This document shows, piece by piece, positions 31,914 to 42,283 of a stretch of 64,000 nt of DNA; position 1 is the stretch's first letter, and the number at the start of each line of letters is the position of its first letter. The position numbers and the translations under genes were made by a program. The notes under the pieces were generated by a model. That model was not told the DNA's origin and made no database searches. It saw only the letters and a program-made list of their open reading frames with translations. This DNA comes from a virus (lineage: Duplodnaviria; Caudoviricetes): positions 32,001-96,000 of IMG/VR virus record IMGVR_UViG_3300021431_000090; one strand, written 5' to 3'.

Positions 31914-32503
31914 TCCTTGTCAAAAATATCGAAATCAAAATTCATTCTTTTATCACTACCGGCGATCTTTTGAATTTCGTTATATATTTCAAACCAGCTT
32001 TTTACACGGATCATCCCGTTCTTTTCAGCCGGATAGTCAAAGTTATGTGGCGAATTCACTAAAATCTTCGCATAATCCCCACCTTCCAAATTATGAGGGC
32101 CGTCATCAACAAGCACATCACCGCGAATCATCTGCTTATTACACGCCACAATCACATGTTCCCAATCAATCATTGGGAAGTATTTAAAAATCGCTCTGTC
32201 GAATTTTGTAGGGACGGTCTTATAGTATGAGCTTGTAACAAGGTAGACAGAGTGACCCTCCTCTATTAATTTTTCAATCACAAGAGAGGCAAACGGGATT
32301 GGCTCAACCATATCCCATAGTGCATCATCCTGTAGCGCCTTGTATATCTCAGCACGAGTAAGGTTTGGGAAAGCTTTACATATATCCCAGCTTCTGATCG
32401 CCAACCAGTCTACACTCTGCCCATACTTCTTGTTTAAATATGTAACCCACGCCTTCAAGAGGTAATGTATCGTATCGTCAGCGTCAATTAGGATGGTAAG
32501 AAT
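31910..32503 (-). CDS. 5'(3')-deoxyribonucleotidase (HAD superfamily)
   Basis: 'IDADDT', 'K...GDVLVDDGPHNL'; start uncertain (ATT at 32503 or TTG at 32539). Confidence 0.85.
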   Translation of the reverse strand: MLTILIDADDTIHYLLKAWVTYLNKKYGQSVDWLAIRSWDICKAFPNLTRAEIYKALQDDALWDMVEPIPFASLVIEKLIEEGHSVYLVTSSYYKTVPTKFDRAIFKYFPMIDWEHVIVACNKQMIRGDVLVDDGPHNLEGGDYAKILVNSPHNFDYPAEKNGMIRVKSWFEIYNEIQKIAGSDKRMNFDFDIFDKE

Positions 32504-33225
32504 ACCACGTCTCCCCCTTTGTTGATCTGATCCGCCCAATTACTAATCCATCCTCTATGATTCGTGACAAGTTCGCATATAGCACATCGCTCTTTACTTG
32601 CAAAATGCCTAATGTATGCATCGAACCCACTCTCATTTGGATTGTCCAGGTCGCACTGCAGTGTATGTCCAATTACTACGACTTTTGCCTTTCCTCCAAC
32701 GCGAGTAAGGGTCTTTTGCAGCTGCGGTATCGTATAGTTCTCTGCCTCGTCAATGATAATTACTGCATCTCTGAGATTTGACCCCCTGATGAAGGTGTCT
32801 GTAATACATGTTATGTATCCCGTCCCGTTCTTCTGGTTCACCATACTCTCATCATTTACCGCTGTGTTTGGATTTACACCGCACACTGTGAGCGCCTGAT
32901 AAAAAGCCTCAAAGTAAACAGAGCTTTTCTCGGTTATTGTTCCTGGCAGATACCCTTGTCTCCGTTCATTCACCGGACTCATGATGTAAATAATCCCATC
33001 GTAAAGCCCATACTGTACAAGCATGTTTGCGACACCAGTTGCTATGGTTGTCTTGCCAGTACCGGCGGCAGCATTGCAAAATACGATATCAATGTTTGGA
33101 TCCCAGATTGCATTGGCAAAATTAAGTTGGTGCTCATCAAGATCAAGCCCGTAAAACGGCTGCCCAGTTAGAGTTGAAGGAGCTTCTTTTGAAAAATCTG
33201 GAGTGAGTTTCCTCTTTGTCGCCAT
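32488..33225 (-). CDS. phoH: PhoH-family ATPase
   Basis: AGTGKT, GYLPG, RGSNL, IIDEAEN, LTR, Q.D motifs. Confidence 0.92.
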   Translation of the reverse strand: MATKRKLTPDFSKEAPSTLTGQPFYGLDLDEHQLNFANAIWDPNIDIVFCNAAAGTGKTTIATGVANMLVQYGLYDGIIYIMSPVNERRQGYLPGTITEKSSVYFEAFYQALTVCGVNPNTAVNDESMVNQKNGTGYITCITDTFIRGSNLRDAVIIIDEAENYTIPQLQKTLTRVGGKAKVVVIGHTLQCDLDNPNESGFDAYIRHFASKERCAICELVTNHRGWISNWADQINKGGDVVFLPS

Positions 33226-33234
33226 AAGCCCTCC

Positions 33235-33873
33235 TTAAATAATTTCGTCAATGTCGCAATCTTCTCCGATTATATAGTCGACGAACCCTTTCTCCTTAGC
33301 CTCATCGGCGAACATATACCACTCAACACGGTACTTATCTTCATACTCTTTTTCCGTGACTTTACTGTGCGCAAGAATGTAACCCTTGATTCGCTGCTCA
33401 GCTCGTCTCTGGAACTCCATCTGATCCTGAAGCTTTGCACTGGAATCCCATGCGAAGCTTGATCCGTCATGCATCAGGAAGCGAGCGTTCTTCATTGCGA
33501 AACGTTTATGTCCTGCGATACCGATCAGAAATCCCATGCTATATTGGAACCCGAGGTTGATTGTGTATACCGGAGTTTTGCTAGAACAAATCGCATCGAT
33601 TACTTCGAACCCTGCGTCTACAGATCCGCCATTAGAAGTCACATACAGAATAATCGGTTGACGCTCGTCGACGGGCTTGCCCTTATCTTCTCTGTTAAAC
33701 TGAAGGATATGTCTCACTGTATCTTCAACATTCCACTGGTCAATATCTGCGTTCAGGAAGAGTTTCCTCTGCTTTAAGTCTTTAATTCTAAAGATGTCTT
33801 CAAGAAGCCCACTTGCAGTATCGAGCTCAAGGTCGAGATCAATATCGTAGTATCCGTTTTCTTTAGTTTCCAT
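33235..33873 (-). CDS. ClpP-like serine protease
   Basis: 'TSNGGSV', 'YSMG', 'FLMHD', 'A.EAKEKGFVD'. Confidence 0.85.
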   Translation of the reverse strand: METKENGYYDIDLDLELDTASGLLEDIFRIKDLKQRKLFLNADIDQWNVEDTVRHILQFNREDKGKPVDERQPIILYVTSNGGSVDAGFEVIDAICSSKTPVYTINLGFQYSMGFLIGIAGHKRFAMKNARFLMHDGSSFAWDSSAKLQDQMEFQRRAEQRIKGYILAHSKVTEKEYEDKYRVEWYMFADEAKEKGFVDYIIGEDCDIDEII

Positions 33874-34399
33874 AAACGTTCTCCTTTAAAAACTTTTCTA
33901 CCTTTTCTTTCAATTCCTCGCTACCGCCGTCGTTTATAATTGTGTAATCTGGCTTTACATTATCGAGCGATGTCTCGGATGGATGTTTCTTTTGCTCCTC
34001 AGTAAGACCGTTATCAAAATTCGGGCGGACGACTCTTAAATGAATTACATCGAATCCTTTCTTTTTTAAAACGTCAATTTCATTCACAAACCGTGTGTCG
34101 GGAATGATAACGAAATCCCAGTAACCATTGAACATTTCGAGGATTGACACAATGAAGTCGACCCAGTAATCAGGGTTTTTATTTCGCACTACGTCAGTTC
34201 CGACATATTGAAGCAATGTTCGCCCGTGCTCGTCCTTTAGGCCGTTCCAATTAAAGAATTTTTCACATATGTATTTGACCAGGTCTGCGTAGTGCGTTAT
34301 CAATGTTTTATATCCGCCACTCCTTAATTGGTTGTTTAGGAAATTTGCTACGGTATCTTTCCCATTTCTCGCATGCCCTGATATTGTAATAACCTTCAA
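33863..34399 (-). CDS. Deoxynucleoside monophosphate kinase
   Basis: P-loop 'SGHARNGKDT', 'R.LLQ..GT', 'D.RF.NE', 'H.SE'. Confidence 0.85.
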   Translation of the reverse strand: MKVITISGHARNGKDTVANFLNNQLRSGGYKTLITHYADLVKYICEKFFNWNGLKDEHGRTLLQYVGTDVVRNKNPDYWVDFIVSILEMFNGYWDFVIIPDTRFVNEIDVLKKKGFDVIHLRVVRPNFDNGLTEEQKKHPSETSLDNVKPDYTIINDGGSEELKEKVEKFLKENVYGN

Positions 34400-34944
34400 T
34401 TAATACCAATCCTCCTCTGCTGATTATTCTTCGCTATAAACCTCGCCTCCACGATCTATAACCGGATTTATTTTACAGCTGTCTATCAGTTGATCCATAC
34501 AGTCACAGCACAGATCAAGTCTTAGCGCACTTCCGTCATACTTAGATCCATATCCTATTAGGTAGCTTACGATTGCGAAATTCTCCTGATTGTCCCACTC
34601 GTCAAAATCCTTGCCGCACATATTACAGACTTTTCTAAGCATTGAACGATCTCCTATTATGTATTTTTAAAGCTTCTCAAAAACTCGTCGATCATTTCCC
34701 AACTCTCTTTTTCTCTGGCTTCATTCAGATAAGCTTCTGTGCTTTCAAACTTCTCTTCTAGTACAGAAAGCCTTCGAGAAATGTCCTCAAGCATAGACAT
34801 TTTTGAATCAATACTTGTGTTATCCTCCATAATGTCGACTGGTCTCACGGCCCAATCAATAGGGTCTCCATAGTACTCCATGATTGGATTTGTATGAATA
34901 CAACGCGTATCAATAGTCATTAGTTGCGGTATTTCGACCACCAC

Positions 34945-37900
34945 CTAGTATATTTTTTTGAACCCAGTTAAAGTGAAGTACTGTCCTTCTCTTGTAAATG
35001 ACTGACAGTAAATGATGTCACCCTTTTTGATGGGATCTGTATTATAAACACGGTTGAAAACCGTGAACCTACTATCAACACCGCTTCCTATCGACTTCGT
35101 TATTATCGAATACCCAAATTGTTTTTTGTCTTTCTTGCGAACGAGCGGATACACATCGATTACATATAGCTTTCTGCGATCCTGCTCCTTACCAGAAACA
35201 TACCCGATATATCCCATAACGTCATAGAAATTTCTAACCTTGACAAGGTCACTCAAATCCTCAAGATGAGCTGCCTTAATCGTATCCTCGATCTCTCGCA
35301 GGATTGATCTCATATCAAAAATCGTGTAGAACTTAGATTCTTGACCAGATTTCGTTATGTTATTGGAATACTTTACGATTATCGGTTCAAGCGGCGTCCC
35401 TTCGATTTTCTCCTTTGAGATTTTCTTTGCTTCACCCTTTTTAAATGTCTCGTAAAACATATCGGTGATGCGTAGAAGCTCTCTCTGGTTCCCAAAATCG
35501 GAGAAAAAATCCAGCTTGATCAGAATATCAAGCTGCCTTGTGTTTATATGTGCTTTTTGATCTATATCAAACAACAGATCAACAAACCTGTTGTAGTGAT
35601 TATTATGTGCGAGCTCATACAGTTCCTCGGCAATTGCGGCGTTCATAAATTTCACAGATGTGAGACCTTTCGCGATAATGTTTTTGTCTTCGTCGTAGAA
35701 GTACTTGTCTCTGGAAAGCCCCCACTTCGGGTTTGTTACGGCAATTCCGACCTTATGTGCGTATTTCGTAATCTCTGCCGTCTTGTCGGTATTGTCTTGG
35801 AAAATATTCAGTGCAGCAGTTAAGAACTGTAGCGGGTGATAGTACCTCAAGTACCCACAAATATACCCAATACATGAGTAGCTGTCTGAATGGTTCCACG
35901 AAAAGGCATATGCCGATGCGTCAAGGATAACCTGCAAGAACGGTTTAATTACTTTTTCGCACTCTTCTTCTGACATCCCATAATTCTCAATACAGTAAGC
36001 TACGAACCGTTTTTCGATTTCTGGCAACAACTGCTCGGTACCTTTCTTTTTCGCGATGCCTCTGCGGACAAGGTCGCTCTCAGCTGCTGAATAGCCACAG
36101 AACTTTACAAGGAACTGCATTATGGTTTCCTGCATAGCGATTCTCCCAGCCTCTGGGGCAAGGAAATCATTCAACGCATCAAAACCATTATCATAAAATT
36201 CCCCTCTTGCAACGCTATCTCGGAAACTCGCACATGCTGGGCGGATTAAACCATTGCCGAACGACATCCATTTTATCATTGAGAAATTAGGGATTCTTGA
36301 TCTGGCTTTTTCAAGTGTCTTTTCCGACATGAATTCTCTTAGGTATGCCTGAGCACTGTTAGATTCCCATTGGAATATCAGCGTAGTATCTTTCCGAATA
36401 CTTTCCCAAACCGCCATATCTTCTAGGTCTGTGTTATCAGGCGTTAACCTCTCAATACCAAGCATTTTGCATGTGTCATTGATCACGCCTATATTATCCA
36501 AACCTAAAATATCAAGCTTCACGTACATCTGATCATCGAGTTCCTTCATGTTTATCATGGAAACCGGATAATCTGATGTTGATATACTGCAAAGCCCCAT
36601 CATTTCATCTATTGGAAGGTCACTGATCAACACTCCACTAGGATGTGTACCGATTGATACAATCGTACCGTCAACTATATCGGCATACCGAAATACTTCC
36701 GGCCACTTCTTTCGTGCATTTTCGACATCACGATCAACTTCCTTGCTGATTTCGCTTGAAAGATCCAAGTAGTTGATTTTTTCGTTATCTTTATATAAAG
36801 CTCTGCATACATCTCGCACTGCGCCCTTCGTCGCGATTGTGTTGAATGTGATGATTTCTGCAGAGTTGATTGTCGGAAGTCCCATCTTATCCTTCAGCAA
36901 GAACTCTTTTATCCTGTCTCGGTCTGCGCCTGCATAATCTGTGTCTATATCAGCGTTTGTAACTCGAGCGGGGTTCATAAACCTGAAGAAGTTTAAGTTA
37001 AACTTGAGGCTATCCATCTGTGTTATACCAAGAATGTAGGCGATCATGCTTCCAGAGACAGAACCACGGCTGTACCCGCACTGAATACCGTTTTTCTTCT
37101 CCCATTCACGTAAGTAAGTCTGCATTAGCATAAAGTCGATTGACTTTGTGGTCTTGTATACTTCAAACTCTTCATCGATTACTTTGTCGAGCTCTTCTCG
37201 TGTGTGATTTTTAAGCGCATATGGGTGTTTTACCAATGCATCGTCAATCTTTTTGCGGAAAGTTTGCTCTGGGTTGTCATAAATGTGCGGGTATTTCGTG
37301 CCACAATCCAGTTTGAATTCCTCGACCATGTCAGCAAGCACATTTGTGTTACGAATTGCCTTCATGTACACATTTTCTTCTAACGAACCCTGTTTTTTAT
37401 AAGCTTCTACCAACTCATCGTATGTTTTGAACTTTAAATCCCAGAGCTCCTCGCCGTCGAAGTGTATGTTTTTGGAAAGCTGTAGTATGCCGCGCCCTTT
37501 TTCGTGTTCTTCATTCAATACGTGTGTATCTGTACCGGCGATTAATGGGATTGATGTACTCTGACTAAGCGCTGTAAGCTTCTCATTGTATACGATCTGT
37601 TTCTCATCCATGTGATGCCCAATTTCAAAGAAGCACCTATCCCTGTTTCGAAGCATAAAATCCAAAAATCGTTCGCGTACTTCTTCGTCGCCTTTACCGA
37701 AAACACCGCCGACACAAGCGGTTGTTATTATAATGTTATCGGTCGTAGCAAACAGTTCATCGAATGAAATTCTCGGTACATAATAAAAGTGGTTGTCTTT
37801 TCTGTTGAAACTTTGTGTTATTAGCTTATTAAGCTCACGGAACCCATCGTAATTTCTGGCGATAAGGCAACAGTGATAGTTGTCTCGGACTTTTTCATCA

Positions 37901-38136
37901 AGCGATGCGGTGAGGTAAGCCTCGATCGCGTGGATATATTTCATTCCAGCAGCTTCAATGGCGTTCTTCTTATGCCACCACTCGAACACCGAGCCATGTT
38001 CACTAAACGCCAGCGCCTTCATACCACATTCTTGTGCTCGTTTTATGTATTCACCGTATTTTGTTACTGAGTCTACATTTGTAACTCCGTTAGAAAGGTC
38101 GCTGTGCAAATGATAAACTACATAATTTTCAATCAA
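34945..38136 (-). CDS. dnaE: DNA polymerase III alpha subunit
   Basis: PHP 'HLHS', 'RGSVSGS', 'DIDTD', 'HPSG', 'KLDILGL', 'YAFSWNHS'. Confidence 0.95.
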   Translation of the reverse strand: MIENYVVYHLHSDLSNGVTNVDSVTKYGEYIKRAQECGMKALAFSEHGSVFEWWHKKNAIEAAGMKYIHAIEAYLTASLDEKVRDNYHCCLIARNYDGFRELNKLITQSFNRKDNHFYYVPRISFDELFATTDNIIITTACVGGVFGKGDEEVRERFLDFMLRNRDRCFFEIGHHMDEKQIVYNEKLTALSQSTSIPLIAGTDTHVLNEEHEKGRGILQLSKNIHFDGEELWDLKFKTYDELVEAYKKQGSLEENVYMKAIRNTNVLADMVEEFKLDCGTKYPHIYDNPEQTFRKKIDDALVKHPYALKNHTREELDKVIDEEFEVYKTTKSIDFMLMQTYLREWEKKNGIQCGYSRGSVSGSMIAYILGITQMDSLKFNLNFFRFMNPARVTNADIDTDYAGADRDRIKEFLLKDKMGLPTINSAEIITFNTIATKGAVRDVCRALYKDNEKINYLDLSSEISKEVDRDVENARKKWPEVFRYADIVDGTIVSIGTHPSGVLISDLPIDEMMGLCSISTSDYPVSMINMKELDDQMYVKLDILGLDNIGVINDTCKMLGIERLTPDNTDLEDMAVWESIRKDTTLIFQWESNSAQAYLREFMSEKTLEKARSRIPNFSMIKWMSFGNGLIRPACASFRDSVARGEFYDNGFDALNDFLAPEAGRIAMQETIMQFLVKFCGYSAAESDLVRRGIAKKKGTEQLLPEIEKRFVAYCIENYGMSEEECEKVIKPFLQVILDASAYAFSWNHSDSYSCIGYICGYLRYYHPLQFLTAALNIFQDNTDKTAEITKYAHKVGIAVTNPKWGLSRDKYFYDEDKNIIAKGLTSVKFMNAAIAEELYELAHNNHYNRFVDLLFDIDQKAHINTRQLDILIKLDFFSDFGNQRELLRITDMFYETFKKGEAKKISKEKIEGTPLEPIIVKYSNNITKSGQESKFYTIFDMRSILREIEDTIKAAHLEDLSDLVKVRNFYDVMGYIGYVSGKEQDRRKLYVIDVYPLVRKKDKKQFGYSIITKSIGSGVDSRFTVFNRVYNTDPIKKGDIIYCQSFTREGQYFTLTGFKKIY

Positions 38137-38506
38137 CTATCACCTTCTTCCTGTTTAAACTCCCCTAAGAACTCATCCAACTCTTCTGATTTCCATGATT
38201 CCGTATCAACATCTCTCTGTTCTAAGGCTTCCTTAATTTTCGGTATGTTCAACTTTCCAGAGTAAACTTCAGTGCTGCGCGGCCTCGTACTTGGAATACC
38301 CCAAAACTGCCCATCATGAGCAAGGTCTGGTGATATCATCCTGTTCGGGTAGAGGTCACACCATAAAGTGCTGGCATCGTAGTCCGGTGTAGTTCTCGTC
38401 ACAGACGATGTCCATACATTGCTAGGAGATTCTGTAGTTAATTTATTTACCCAAGCTTTTAATTCTTCGGTAAAAAGTTTTTCGAATTGGATACCAAGAT
38501 TATCGC

Positions 38507-39490
38507 TCATCTTAACCTCCCCCTATGTAGATACAATGTTTTGAACACATCAACCCCTTTGTCTACCGGCGAATCTTTGCTGTCTAGCAAGCCATCTGTG
38601 TCATAGATATAGCTTACATTTACATACCGCTTAAGCTTGTTGATATTTTTATCTTCCCAGACTTTCACATCCTTATCCAGGGCAAAAGTTACATTGACAC
38701 CAAGCTTTGCCAGTATCTTCATCTGATTTACAGATAGATGTGATGTTAAAATTGCACCGCAATAATGAATTCCCCATGTGTCTGCTATAAGCACACTCTT
38801 GCAACCTTCAAACAGTATTACTTCTCCAGCTTTTTTGATAGCATCCATATTGTCTGATAGGCCGTAGATCGTATTTATTGTTCCAAACTGGAAGAAATAA
38901 CAGTATTTTCTTTGCCCTTCCTCTTTCCATGTTGGAGACACTGCCCTACCGCCGACATTAATGATCTTCCCGTTTAAATCGCGCACAGGGTACACAAGTC
39001 TGTCCGAAAATCCATCATAATAGACCTGGAATTTGTCCAAAGATTCCTTGGAGATGCCTTCTTTCTCCCAGATTGCAAGCTTATCGGCACGTTTTTCGTA
39101 CCTTTCCATGTAATTATCCGGTAGAATTTTTACTTTCGACTCTTTCTGCGTGATTTTTGGCTTCTGGTACTTCTTGCAAATGATCGTCGCAGACATTCTC
39201 TCTCTTGGCACAAAGACCTCGCCGTCAATTCCGGCATATTCCTTGAGTTTTTCAACAGCTTCATGGCTTGAACACTTAAAATACGCTTTGATGAATGTAA
39301 TTATGTTCCCACCTTGCCCGCTCGAGTAGTCATACCAGAATGGTGGGTCTTTTCTTACTGAAAATGACGGCGTTTTCTCACTCTGGAAACATGAAAGTCC
39401 CCAAAATTCCTCTCCTTGCTGCTCAAGTTCAACAAATTGTCCTATGTAGTCAACAATATCTATTGACTGGATCAGTTCTTCGAGTTCCAA
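38507..39490 (-). CDS. dnaG: DNA primase (zinc-binding-like domain plus TOPRIM)
   Basis: 'EKTPSFSV', 'FEG', 'ALDKD', 'KDSPVD'. Confidence 0.85.
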   Translation of the reverse strand: MELEELIQSIDIVDYIGQFVELEQQGEEFWGLSCFQSEKTPSFSVRKDPPFWYDYSSGQGGNIITFIKAYFKCSSHEAVEKLKEYAGIDGEVFVPRERMSATIICKKYQKPKITQKESKVKILPDNYMERYEKRADKLAIWEKEGISKESLDKFQVYYDGFSDRLVYPVRDLNGKIINVGGRAVSPTWKEEGQRKYCYFFQFGTINTIYGLSDNMDAIKKAGEVILFEGCKSVLIADTWGIHYCGAILTSHLSVNQMKILAKLGVNVTFALDKDVKVWEDKNINKLKRYVNVSYIYDTDGLLDSKDSPVDKGVDVFKTLYLHRGRLR

Positions 39491-40124
39491 TCGGCACTTC
39501 CTTATGTAATCTGCTCTGTGTAGTCAGAGCTCGTCCAATGTCCCATCCATGATCGATTCTCCAGAGTAGACATGAGTACGCGAGGCCTGTCTCATCACAC
39601 CATTCCTTTATTGTCTTTGTTTCGCCGTTGTATGTGATAAATCGGTTATCTGTTCTATTCAGGCTCTGTTCTTCAGACGTCGCCCATCGACAATTTTCTG
39701 GAGAATAATTCCCATCAACGTTTATTCTATCTATTGACAGGCCATCTTTATATCCATTTTCAATTGCCCAATTATAAAATGATTCAAAACTCGTTACCCA
39801 TTCGTCGCATACGCATATTCCTCGTCCGCCGTAGCTTTCGTATCGGTTCTGACTTGGATATTTACATCTGTTCTTCATTGCTATCCATATAGAATAAAGC
39901 CTATGGTGTCTTTTGCCGTGTGTCGTGTTATTTTTTGACGTAATTTCCCGCCTTAAACACCCACAACTTTTTGTATTGCCACGCAATACACTACCTCTGT
40001 TAACTGTCGCTATATTTCCGCAGTCACATTTACACATAATATGTCTACAGTCGTCAGCCTTTCCTAATACAACAAGCCTACCAAATCTTTTCCCTATTAA
40101 TTCTTCTACCTTTATGTAGCTCAT
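39450..40124 (-). CDS. Free-standing HNH homing endonuclease
   Basis: 'FGRLVV...CKCDCG...SCGC...YGGRGI.VC.EW...SIDRINVDGNYSPENCRWAT'. Confidence 0.88.
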   Translation of the reverse strand: MSYIKVEELIGKRFGRLVVLGKADDCRHIMCKCDCGNIATVNRGSVLRGNTKSCGCLRREITSKNNTTHGKRHHRLYSIWIAMKNRCKYPSQNRYESYGGRGICVCDEWVTSFESFYNWAIENGYKDGLSIDRINVDGNYSPENCRWATSEEQSLNRTDNRFITYNGETKTIKEWCDETGLAYSCLLWRIDHGWDIGRALTTQSRLHKEVPIGTRRTDPVNRYC

Positions 40125-41459
40125 TTAATATGGCTCAACTTTCTGATGTTGTATCTCGGATTGTGAATATTTACATGTGCTTCCGTCAAATTTCATATCA
40201 ATGTATTCGTCTTCTGTCATCTGAGCACCATTTCTATTATAGACAACACGGATTTTCTTAGTTGCTCCTGTGCCATCCTCTTCAATTTCAGCAATGTCTT
40301 TATCCGAGATGGAGATAACGGTGCTCATTGACCTTGCTATCCTTGCGCTATCTGCAATTTTCCCTGATGCTGTAGCCTGCGCCGCTGTAAGAGCTGCGAT
40401 TCCCATTTCGCCAGCTATTTTGTTTTTTAAGATATCGCTAACATTTCCCAAATCACTGTAAACTTCAAATGCCTGATCTTTAGTTGAATCTGCTTTCAGA
40501 TAATCGACTACTATGCAGTCAATTCCGATCTGATGTTTCGCTTTCTTAGCTGTAATATACAAGGGATCTGCTTTCAAAACCGGCATGTATATATGTATGA
40601 ATTTCTGTTGCTTTAACCATTCGATCTGCTCTTGAATTAAAGCCTCTTCCTCTTCTGTTAGAGCCGCACCGTTTCTGATTTTCCAAAATTGGATTCCAGT
40701 CAGGTGAGAAAGGATTCTCATCGTGAAAAGTTCATCCGAAATCTCTGAATCAACGTACAAAACACTTTTCCCTTTTTTCAGCATTGAAACAGTGATCGTT
40801 AATAGCATTGCCGACTTCCCTGCTTTCGGTCCGCCGGTGAAACATACGCATTCACCAGGCTCCAGCACAACATATTCGTTCAACAACTTGAATGGGAAAC
40901 TTATTGCTTTGGTTTCCCCACGTTGTCTTGCTTTTATGTGCTCCCACGTACTCTCAACGATCTCAGAATATAATGGCATACTGTTTACGCTTGAATAGTC
41001 AGTCATTATCTTGTCTATTCTATCGTAGATATTCTTCTGGATATCGTCTTTGCTCATATCTTTGCACTCATCGATGCATTTCTTTAGGCACCGGCATGCT
41101 TCTCTTCTGAAAGCACAGTCAATAATATTCCCGGCAAGAATTTCGTACTCTTCATACGTGTTTCGCGCCAATGTATCGCTCATATCGATCAGTTCGTTCA
41201 GCTTGTCGATCGAAAGCTCTTCAACATATGATTTGGTTTCCTCGGATGCACTCAAAATCTCACGGATGTTATACGGGTCTACTGTCGGCACGTTTCTTTG
41301 GGCAAGTTCTCTGATTGCTGTATAAACGTAGCTGTTTTCCTTGTTCGTAAAGTGTTTTGGGAGCAAATTTTCCGCTCGGAAATAATAATCAGGGTGATGA
41401 ATCAATGTCGCTATCACGCCAGCTTCGCTAGATAAGCTATTAATATCTTCTGTCCTCGT
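40125..41459 (-). CDS. dnaB: Replicative DnaB-like helicase (probable ACG start at 41459)
   Basis: Walker A 'GGPKAGKS', 'VVDYLK', 'TAAQ', 'NRNG'. Frame is open 14 codons upstream of the GTG at 41417, up to an ACG preceded by SD GGGGTG. Confidence 0.88.
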   Translation of the reverse strand, partial: TRTEDINSLSSEAGVIATLIHHPDYYFRAENLLPKHFTNKENSYVYTAIRELAQRNVPTVDPYNIREILSASEETKSYVEELSIDKLNELIDMSDTLARNTYEEYEILAGNIIDCAFRREACRCLKKCIDECKDMSKDDIQKNIYDRIDKIMTDYSSVNSMPLYSEIVESTWEHIKARQRGETKAISFPFKLLNEYVVLEPGECVCFTGGPKAGKSAMLLTITVSMLKKGKSVLYVDSEISDELFTMRILSHLTGIQFWKIRNGAALTEEEEALIQEQIEWLKQQKFIHIYMPVLKADPLYITAKKAKHQIGIDCIVVDYLKADSTKDQAFEVYSDLGNVSDILKNKIAGEMGIAALTAAQATASGKIADSARIARSMSTVISISDKDIAEIEEDGTGATKKIRVVYNRNGAQMTEDEYIDMKFDGSTCKYSQSEIQHQKVEPY

Positions 41460-41463
41460 TTAA

Positions 41464-42245
41464 TCACCCCATTCCCTGGTACTCACATATTTCTGTGTAA
41501 GGACAGAGCCACTTACATCCGAAGTAGTCAACATACGGCGGGAAATCCTCACTATCTTTTAGAATATCGATGTTTGTCCTCGCCCATTCAATCGCTTCAT
41601 TATATTTATGTTCAACAAACGGTTCTTCAATGAATGTATTTGACTTGAAGCAATTGAAGCATAATGACTTTGGAAATTTCCCGTATTCTTGCTTAACTGC
41701 TTTGGCATAAATATAAAGCTGCACAAGCATGTCGTCTAACTCCTGATCTTTAACAGTTGGTTTCGATCGTTTGCTGCGCGGCTTTAAATCCCGTGACTTA
41801 TTATCAATTATGTATAATTCCCCATCCTTCTCACCGAGGTAATCTATATACCCAACGAAGTTTGAGTCGCCAATTTTGAACTCAACCTTTTTCTCAACAC
41901 CTAATTGGTTATATGGGAACGGCTTAAAGTTTTTAAAGTACGTTTTCCCCGCCTCGATATACTTCTGGACTGTACTCTCCTGCGGCCTTTCTCCTTGCAC
42001 TTCGCGGTGAAAATCAAACAGGAATTTTATAAGCAAATTTTCCTTAGATAATAAACCTTTGTAGTACATTTCGAGCAATTTATGCATAAAAGAGCCGTAT
42101 GAGGCGTAGAATTTTGGCTCTTCAGGGCACTGTTTTATGTACTTTAAAAACCAACCTAGCGATAGGGACAATCATCAAATGTTTTGATCCTCGAATATGA
42201 CCAAGTCATGTCCTCGATCAAAGGTCTATATGAAACTTCGCCTAT
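41464..42245 (-). pseudogene. PD-(D/E)XK RecB/Cas4-like exonuclease, frameshifted near the N-terminus
   Basis: N-terminal 'WSYSRIKTFDDCPYR' is separated from 'WFLKY...GSFMH...GYID...IIDNKS...QL..Y...C.W.C' by 5 extra nt (TAGGT, 42154-42158). Confidence 0.75.
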
Positions 42246-42283
42246 CTATATCACCCCCAGACATTGATTAAGTAGATACGCAA

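Noticed and set aside
29760-38136. Introns or inteins in nrdD or dnaE
   Set aside because: Both ORFs are continuous, of ordinary length, and show no intein splice motifs.
42154-42158. TAG stop-codon reassignment (alternative genetic code)
   Set aside because: Read-through alone would not restore the frame, TAG ends many intact genes here, and long ORFs are intact under code 11.
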